DNA of 64,000 bases from an uncultured delta proteobacterium (lineage in GTDB: Bacteria > Myxococcota > Myxococcia > Myxococcales > Myxococcaceae). The stretch covers positions 608,001 to 672,000 of the forward strand of contig CAVZMH010000016.1 of NCBI GenBank assembly GCA_963776345.1, written 5' to 3'. The first letter of the stretch is position 1, and each line of letters starts with the position of its first letter. The position numbers and the translations under genes are program-made. The notes below the pieces were generated by a model. That model was not told where the DNA came from. It saw only the letters and a list, made by a program, of their open reading frames with translations, and did not search any database. This document shows, one piece after another, positions 58,143 through 64,000 of this stretch.

Positions 58143-58201
58143 GGGTCGCCGCCGTCGCCGCCACTTCCGCGCGCCGGGCGGATGAGGTCTCCTGCCCCGC
58201 C

Positions 58202-58633
58202 ATGTCCCGCCCCGAGCCCGAGCAGCGGACCGCGTACCACTACTTCCGGCGCATCCCGACGCGCTGGATGGACAACGACGTCTACGGGCACGTCAACAAC
58301 GTCGTGTACTACTCGTACTTCGACACGGTGGTGAACGCCTTCCTGGTGAACGAGGGCGGGCTGGACATCGACTCCGGTCCGGTCATCGGGCTGTGCGTCG
58401 AGTCACAGTGCCGCTACCTCTCGCCGCTGGCCTTCCCGGACGTGCTCGACGCGGGGATGCGCGTCTCGCGCATCGGCCGCTCCAGCGTGCGCTACGAGGT
58501 CGGCATCTTCCGGGCGGGCGAGGACGCCGCCGCCGCGCAGGGCCACTTCGTCCACGTGTTCGTGGACCGGACGACCCGCCGGCCGGTGGATCTCCCGGAG
58601 CGGATGCGCCTCGCGCTCACCCGACTCGCCTGA
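58202..58633 (+). CDS. Acyl-CoA thioesterase (4HBT/YbgC hot-dog fold)
   Basis: [29 protein letters not shown]. Confidence 0.9.
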   Translation: MSRPEPEQRTAYHYFRRIPTRWMDNDVYGHVNNVVYYSYFDTVVNAFLVNEGGLDIDSGPVIGLCVESQCRYLSPLAFPDVLDAGMRVSRIGRSSVRYEVGIFRAGEDAAAAQGHFVHVFVDRTTRRPVDLPERMRLALTRLA

Positions 58634-58645
58634 CGGGCCGGCGCG

Positions 58646-59194
58646 TCACTTCACCGCGGCGGAGATGCGCTTGAACTCCGGGGTCTCGGCGGTCCCGAGC
58701 ATCTCGAAGAGCACGGCCTCCACGGACGAGAGCGTCGCCCCCGCCGCCCGGGCCAGCTCCAGCCCCGCCTCGCGGTCCACCGGAGAGCGGCTCAGCACGG
58801 CGTCGATGCACAGCGCGGGGTGGCGTCCCTCGGACGCCAGGTCTCGCACGCTCTGGTAGACGCAGACGTGGGTCTCCATCCCCGCCACCACCACGTGCCG
58901 CCGCCCCGCCAGGCGCTCGCGCACCGCATCGTCCAGCGCGGAGAACCGGAGCTTCTCCACCACCGGCACCTCTCCCAGCCGCTCCCGGATGCTCGGCACG
59001 GTGTGGCCGAGTCCCATCGGGTACTGCTCGGTGACGGCGATCGGCAGGCCCAGCACGCGGGCGCCCTCGATCAGCGCCCCGAGCCGCCCGAGCATCCGGG
59101 CCAGCGCCTCCGGCTCCATCACCGCGGCGAGCCGCTCCTGCACGTCGACCACCAGGAGCGCGGTGTCATCCCGGACCAGCCGGTGCAGCTTCAT
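58646..59194 (-). CDS. Isochorismatase-family hydrolase (YcaC/ISOC-like)
   Basis: LLVVDVQERL, TEQYP, EKLRFS, GMETHVCVYQS. Confidence 0.9.
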   Translation of the reverse strand: MKLHRLVRDDTALLVVDVQERLAAVMEPEALARMLGRLGALIEGARVLGLPIAVTEQYPMGLGHTVPSIRERLGEVPVVEKLRFSALDDAVRERLAGRRHVVVAGMETHVCVYQSVRDLASEGRHPALCIDAVLSRSPVDREAGLELARAAGATLSSVEAVLFEMLGTAETPEFKRISAAVK

Positions 59195-60843
59195 ACGGCG
59201 TACCCCATCGCCCCGGCCGTGGCGGGGGCCTGGGGGTCGAGCATCACGTTGACGCAGGCCACGGTCCCGGAGTCGACCGCGCGCTCCAGCGCGGGGCGGA
59301 TCTGCGCCGGCTCGGTGACCAGCTCGCCCCACCCTCCGAAGGCTTTCACCACCTCGTCGTAGCGCGTCGGCGCGAGCAAGGTGGCCGGCGACTTCTCCGG
59401 CCCGAACATCCCCAGCTGCGGGAGCCGGATCTGCCCCCAGGCCGCGTCGTTCCCGACGACGCAGATCATCGGCAGCTTGAAGCGGACCGCGGTCTCGAAG
59501 TCCATCCCGTTGAGCCCGAACGACCCGTCACCCTGCACCACCCAGACCTGCCGCTCGGGGTGGAGCAGCTTGGCGGCGATGGCAAACGGCGCGCCCACGC
59601 CGAGGCAGCCCAGCGGACCCGGGTCGAGCCATCGGCCGGGGGCCTTCAGGGCCAGCACCTTCGCCGCCATCGCCACCCAGTTCCCGCCGTCGGCGATGAA
59701 CATCGGGTCGCGGCTCCCCGCGTTCGCCACGGTCGAGAGCTCCTTCGCCAGCCGGTAGTGGTGGATGGGGACCGCGTCGCTCCGGGTCCACTCCTCGAGG
59801 GCGGCGAGCTTCTTCTGCTCGGCGGCCCGGAGCTCCTGGATGTACGTGGTCCGCGTGGTCTTCTTCGCGCCGTCGGCGAAGGCCGCGAGCGCCGAGCGGC
59901 TGTCGGCCACCAGCCCCACGTCCACCGGGCGGTTCCGGCCGATCTCGGTCGGGTCGACGTCCACCTGGACGATCTTCGAGGCGGCGCTGAAGGTGGGCTC
60001 GGCCCCGTAGTTGAGGCGGAAGTCGAAGGGCGTGCCGATCACGAACACCACGTCCGCTCTGGTGAGCGCCTCCTTCCGGGTGTGCTGGAAGAACATCGGG
60101 TGGTCGGGCGGGAGGCAGCCGCGGCCGGCGCCGTTGAGGTAGGTGGGGACCTGCGCGCGCTCCACGAAGGCCCGGAGCGCGTCGACGGCGTCGTCCCAGT
60201 ACACGCTCGAGCCGGCGATCATCGCCGGGCGCTCGGCCGCGGCGAGCAAGGCCAGCGCCTCGTCCACCGCCACCGGATCCGGGGCCAGGCGGGCGCGCGT
60301 CCGGTACAGCCGGGGGATCTGCAGCGCGGCCTCGTCCACCCCGTTGCACAGCACGTCCCAGGCGAGCTCGAGGAACACCGGACCCGGCCGGCCGCTCAGC
60401 GCCACCCGGAACGCCTTGGCCATGTAGAGCGGGACGAGGTCGGGAGAGGGCACGCGGTCCGACCACTTGGAGATGCGGTGGAAGAGGTCCACCTGCTCCA
60501 TTTCTTGCAGACTGCCCCGGCTCTGGTTGAAGAGCGGCGCGGCGCCTCCCAGGAGGATGAGGGGCGAGTTGGCGGCGTTGGCGTTGGCCACCCCGGTGAG
60601 CGCGTCGGTGACCCCGGGGCCGGCGGTCACCACCGCGACCCCGACCCCGCGGGTGATGCGGGCGTAGGCGTCGGCGGCGTGTGCGGCGGCCTGCTCGTGC
60701 CGGGTGTCGACGACCTCGATGCCCTCCTCCACCAGGCCCGCGTAGATCGGCGCGACGTGGAGGCCGGAGAGGGTGAAGACGTGGCGGACCCGCTCCTCCT
60801 TCAGCATCCGCGCCACCAGCTGCCCGCCGGTCACCATCGCCAT
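59191..60843 (-). CDS. ThDP-dependent enzyme, ILVBL/2-hydroxyacyl-CoA lyase-like (acetolactate synthase superfamily)
   Basis: TRHEQAAAHAADAYAR, TAGPGVTD, GSLQE, WLDPGPLGCLGVG, GDGSFG...GNDAAW. Confidence 0.85.
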   Translation of the reverse strand: MAMVTGGQLVARMLKEERVRHVFTLSGLHVAPIYAGLVEEGIEVVDTRHEQAAAHAADAYARITRGVGVAVVTAGPGVTDALTGVANANAANSPLILLGGAAPLFNQSRGSLQEMEQVDLFHRISKWSDRVPSPDLVPLYMAKAFRVALSGRPGPVFLELAWDVLCNGVDEAALQIPRLYRTRARLAPDPVAVDEALALLAAAERPAMIAGSSVYWDDAVDALRAFVERAQVPTYLNGAGRGCLPPDHPMFFQHTRKEALTRADVVFVIGTPFDFRLNYGAEPTFSAASKIVQVDVDPTEIGRNRPVDVGLVADSRSALAAFADGAKKTTRTTYIQELRAAEQKKLAALEEWTRSDAVPIHHYRLAKELSTVANAGSRDPMFIADGGNWVAMAAKVLALKAPGRWLDPGPLGCLGVGAPFAIAAKLLHPERQVWVVQGDGSFGLNGMDFETAVRFKLPMICVVGNDAAWGQIRLPQLGMFGPEKSPATLLAPTRYDEVVKAFGGWGELVTEPAQIRPALERAVDSGTVACVNVMLDPQAPATAGAMGYAV

Positions 60844-60910
60844 GGCCTGTCGTCTCCTGCCTGGCGCCGGGGCGCAGGCCGTCGTAGGACTCGGGGCCGG
60901 TTTATCCCCC

Positions 60911-62389
60911 GTGGACGAACGTTTCCAGGACCTGCGGTCGCGGGCCGATGGGTACGCGACGGCGCTCGCCCGGGAGGCGTTCGCCCGCGGGCTGGTGACC
61001 ACCGCCCTGGACGGGACCCGGAAGGCCATCACCCCGGGCGCGACGCCGGTGGTGCTCCCGGCGCGGGTCATCGAGGAGCGCCACGCGCTGGCCCGCACCC
61101 TGGCGCTCGCCGGGTTCCGGATGGCGCAGGCAACGGTGCAGGGGCCCTCGCGCGAGCTGCTCCTGGGGGCGCTCTCGCCGCTCGAGCGCCGGCTGGTGGA
61201 GCTGTCGTCCCCCGGCACGCGCCGGCTGGCCATCGCCCGGATCGACTTCCTGGTCTCGGGCCGGCCGGCGGCGCTCGAGCTCAACGCCACCATCCCGGCC
61301 ATGCCCGGCTACTCGGACATGGCCGCTGGCGCGTTCCTCGACGTCGTGGGGCGCGCGGCGGGGCTGGACGGGACGGCGGTGCGCAGACTGGAGGCCGAGA
61401 ACGGGAGCAACGTCGAGGCACTCCACCAGGCGCTGCTCGCCGCGGCCATCCAGGAGCGCAGGCGCCCTCCCGAGCGCATCGCCCTGCTCTGCCGCCGCGG
61501 CGACAGCCAGCTCTCGGAGGTGGACCATCTGGTCCGCCGGTTCGGCGAGCTGGGGACCGAGACGCACCGCGTGTACCCCGACGAGGCGAGCGGCGAGGAG
61601 CTGTTCACCGCGCACGGCAAGACGTTCGACCTCGTGTACCGCCACCTCTTCGTGCACCGGCTCAGCGAGATGCCGAGCGCGTTCCTCGAGGCGTTCTTCG
61701 CCGGGCAGGCCGCCCGGGGCTCCCTGCTCCTCAACCGGCCGGCGGCCCACATCGAGGTGAAGAGCAACTTCGCCCTGCTCTCGCGCGCGCTGGAGGAGCC
61801 GGCGCTGGCCCGCGGCGCCGGCCTCGGTCCGGAGGACCTGGAGGCGATCCGCCAGGCGGTGCCCTGGACCCGGGTGCTCGGCCCGGGGACGGTGCGCGGT
61901 CCTGGGGGAGAGACGCTCGGCGACCTGGTGGCGCACGTGGCCGCGCACCCCGAGACCTTCGTTCTCAAGCGCGCCTGGGACTACGGCGGGAAGGCCGTCT
62001 TCATCGGCCCCGCGTCGGACGAGCCCGGCTTCGCCACCCGATCCGAGGCGGCGTTCGGCGCTCGCCTGCCCTGGCCCGAGCTGGTTCGGCGGGCAGCGGC
62101 GGACACCCGCGGCGGCGGGTTCGTGGTGCAGGCGGCGGTGGACGTGCCCCGGGAGGCGCACGTCCTGGCCACGCCGACGGGGCCGGTGGAGGCGGAGGTG
62201 TTCGTCGACTACTCCGCCTTCGCCTCGGTGGGCGTGGACCCCGAGCCCGCCTGGGGAGGCGTCGTCCGGGCCTCGGCCTCTCGGATCGTGAACATCCAGG
62301 GAGGCGGCGGCGTCCTCCCACTGCTCCGCGAGACGGTCTGGTCCCGCCTCCGCGATGCGCTCCGGGCGGAATCCCGACGACCGGCCTAG
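60911..62389 (+). CDS. Circularly permuted ATP-grasp (glutathione synthetase-like) ligase
   Basis: ARIDFL...LELNATIP near N-terminus, FVLKRAWDYGGKAVFIG, FVVQ, IVNIQGGGG. Confidence 0.75.
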   Translation: MDERFQDLRSRADGYATALAREAFARGLVTTALDGTRKAITPGATPVVLPARVIEERHALARTLALAGFRMAQATVQGPSRELLLGALSPLERRLVELSSPGTRRLAIARIDFLVSGRPAALELNATIPAMPGYSDMAAGAFLDVVGRAAGLDGTAVRRLEAENGSNVEALHQALLAAAIQERRRPPERIALLCRRGDSQLSEVDHLVRRFGELGTETHRVYPDEASGEELFTAHGKTFDLVYRHLFVHRLSEMPSAFLEAFFAGQAARGSLLLNRPAAHIEVKSNFALLSRALEEPALARGAGLGPEDLEAIRQAVPWTRVLGPGTVRGPGGETLGDLVAHVAAHPETFVLKRAWDYGGKAVFIGPASDEPGFATRSEAAFGARLPWPELVRRAAADTRGGGFVVQAAVDVPREAHVLATPTGPVEAEVFVDYSAFASVGVDPEPAWGGVVRASASRIVNIQGGGGVLPLLRETVWSRLRDALRAESRRPA

Positions 62390-62469
62390 TGTTGTGGACA
62401 CTGGCCACCGACCTTCGCTGCGTTAAGAGAAACCGCATTGGGGCCGGTGGCCCTCAAAGGAGAAGGCAG

Positions 62470-63213
62470 ATGGCCTGGGAATTCGATGCACGCAAGGCGG
62501 CGCGCGGCGGCGACCTGAGCGAGACCGGGGCGGGCGGCTTCGGCCGCGCCCGCGAGCTCACCGGGACGACCGCGGCGAGCTTCATGGCCGGCGTCTACCG
62601 CTGGATGACGCTGGGCCTGGCGGTCACCGCCGGCGTGGCGCTGTACACGGCGAGCAACCTCCAGCTCGCGATGACGGTGGCCCGGAACATCTGGCCGCTG
62701 GTCATCGTGCAGTTCCTGGTCGTGCTCGCGCTGTCGTTCATGGCGCAGCGGATCAGCGGGCCGGTGGCGGCGCTGATGTTCATCGTCTACGCCGGACTCA
62801 CCGGCCTGACCCTGAGCGCGATCTTCTTCGTCTACTCGGTGGGGTCGATCGGAACGGCCTTCCTCATCACCGCCGGATCCTTCGCCGCCCTGAGCCTCTT
62901 CGGCACGGTGACCAAGCGGGACCTCAGCGGCTGGGGCACCTTCCTCTTCATGGGGCTCATCGGCGTCGTGATCGCCAGCTTCGTCCAGTTCTTCTGGCAC
63001 AGCCCTGCCTTCAGCTTCGTTCTCTCCTGCGCGACGGTGGTCGTGTTCGCGGGCCTCACCGCCTACGACACCCAGAAGCTCCGGGTGCTCGGGGCGCAGT
63101 ACGCCGGCGCGGGCCTGACCTCGATCACCATCGTCGGCGCGCTGAACCTTTACCTCGACTTCATCAACCTGTTCCTCGCGCTGCTACGGCTCTTTGGCAA
63201 CCGTCGCGAGTAG
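62470..63213 (+). CDS. Bax inhibitor-1/YccA membrane protein
   Basis: VYRWMTLGLAVT, TKRDLSGWG, LTAYDTQK, ALNLYLDFINLFL. Confidence 0.92.
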   Translation: MAWEFDARKAARGGDLSETGAGGFGRARELTGTTAASFMAGVYRWMTLGLAVTAGVALYTASNLQLAMTVARNIWPLVIVQFLVVLALSFMAQRISGPVAALMFIVYAGLTGLTLSAIFFVYSVGSIGTAFLITAGSFAALSLFGTVTKRDLSGWGTFLFMGLIGVVIASFVQFFWHSPAFSFVLSCATVVVFAGLTAYDTQKLRVLGAQYAGAGLTSITIVGALNLYLDFINLFLALLRLFGNRRE

Positions 63214-63309
63214 CTGAATATTGACTCGCTGGGCGGCGTCTCCGAGAGTCCCGCGACTGCCCGCCCATGCGGGCGCGACGCCCGTTTCGCTTTCCCCAGG
63301 AGACCACAC

Positions 63310-63654
63310 GTGAACGGACAGGACGACGAGACCATGCGCTTCAACCGCCGCCGGGCGCTCCAGATTCTCGGGGCGGGGCTGGGCGCGGCGAGCGGCGTGC
63401 TCGCGTTGGCCAGCACGGAGGCCCGTGCCGCGGCCGCCCTGAACTGCAAGTCGAAGATCCCGGTGGATCCGGTGGCGACGCAGATGCGGCGCAACCTCCA
63501 GTATGCGGAGAAGTCGACCCAGGCCGGGAAGAAGTGCGGCAACTGTGTCCAGTTCGAGGCCGGCAAGTACAAGGAATGCGGCGGTTGCAAGCTCTTCGCG
63601 GGCGCGGTCAACCCCGAGGGCAACTGTCTGAGCTGGGCGGCGAAGAAGGCCTGA
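63310..63654 (+). CDS. Tat-exported high-potential iron-sulfur protein (HiPIP)
   Basis: NRRRAL Tat signal; LQY...CGNCVQF...GCKLF...VNPEGNCLSW. Confidence 0.85.
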   Translation: MNGQDDETMRFNRRRALQILGAGLGAASGVLALASTEARAAAALNCKSKIPVDPVATQMRRNLQYAEKSTQAGKKCGNCVQFEAGKYKECGGCKLFAGAVNPEGNCLSWAAKKA

Positions 63655-63864
63655 GCCTACTGCGGCCTCGGCCGCCCCTGGGGGGCGCATCGAGGGCGCG
63701 CCGGCGTCGAACCCGGTCCAGAGGGTGAGCAGGCGGCGTCGGCTCCAACCGGGACCTGTCCGCCCGGAGTGGCCGGGCCCTCGCAGCCTGCCCCCCCGAT
63801 TCCGCACCGCAACTCTCCTGCTCTGGGGCGGTGTTGAAGGCGAGGCCTCGACGGTCCGCGATGC

Positions 63865-63878
63865 TGGATCGAAATCAA
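63865..63878. promoter_or_regulatory. Possible FNR/CRP-family box
   Basis: TGGATCGAAATCAA, one mismatch to TTGAT-N4-ATCAA, about 50 nt upstream of GTG 63930. Confidence 0.4.
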
Positions 63879-63929
63879 CGGCCGTCCTAGATCCGGCGAT
63901 CCGCTCGAAGGTCGCGCGAGGAGGTCGCC

Positions 63930-64000
63930 GTGGCCGAACCGTCTGCCGCACCGCACCCGCCCGAGATTCGCTGGGCCCAGCTGGTGCTTGGCGTCCTCAG
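63930..64000 (+). CDS. 5' end of a membrane protein, possibly an OFA-type MFS transporter (truncated)
   Basis: GAGGAGG RBS, GTG, ...RWAQLVLGVL. Confidence 0.45.
   Translation, partial: MAEPSAAPHPPEIRWAQLVLGVL

Noticed and set aside
59560..63213. 1217-aa fusion ending in YccA
   Set aside because: Only 62470-63213 is YccA, with its own RBS; the rest is antisense or off-frame to real genes
63655..63860. Riboswitch or ncRNA after HiPIP
   Set aside because: GC-rich pairing possible but no conserved aptamer motif recognised

Overview
Very GC-rich (visually >70%), gene-dense chromosomal segment from a myxobacterium (Myxococcota). The assignment rests on an AglZ-type pseudo-receiver/coiled-coil protein, an AglU-like lipoprotein directly after trmFO/gid, a TolQ-ExbD-ExbD motor set and a short myxobacterial sigma factor. 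Most of the window is core genome: argD, hslU, hslV, xerC, aglU, trmFO, exbD/exbD/exbB, topA, dprA, LysM, cpoB-like, pgeF, degP, GH57, aglZ, moxR, glnE, ilvE, 6S RNA, ygfA, ymdB, tyrS, rlmE, a lipid-catabolism block, tatA, a sigma factor, a pterin-type operon, a MocR regulon, a ThDP enzyme, an ATP-grasp ligase, YccA and HiPIP. I found no transposase, prophage, CRISPR array, rRNA or tRNA. Best leads: (1) a tightly coupled queD-folE-SDR-FAD oxidase operon whose FolE has substitutions at normally conserved catalytic positions; (2) a Fic-fold protein with a rewritten active site; (3) a shared TGATTC-N2-GARTCA palindrome before two lipid genes of a peroxisome-like SCP2/racemase/ACAD set; (4) an orphan circularly permuted ATP-grasp ligase divergent from a HACL-like enzyme; (5) a 3 x 63-bp palindromic tandem repeat that supplies the topA stop codon. 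All calls come from reading motifs by eye. No database searches were run, and several start codons were moved from the ORF track.
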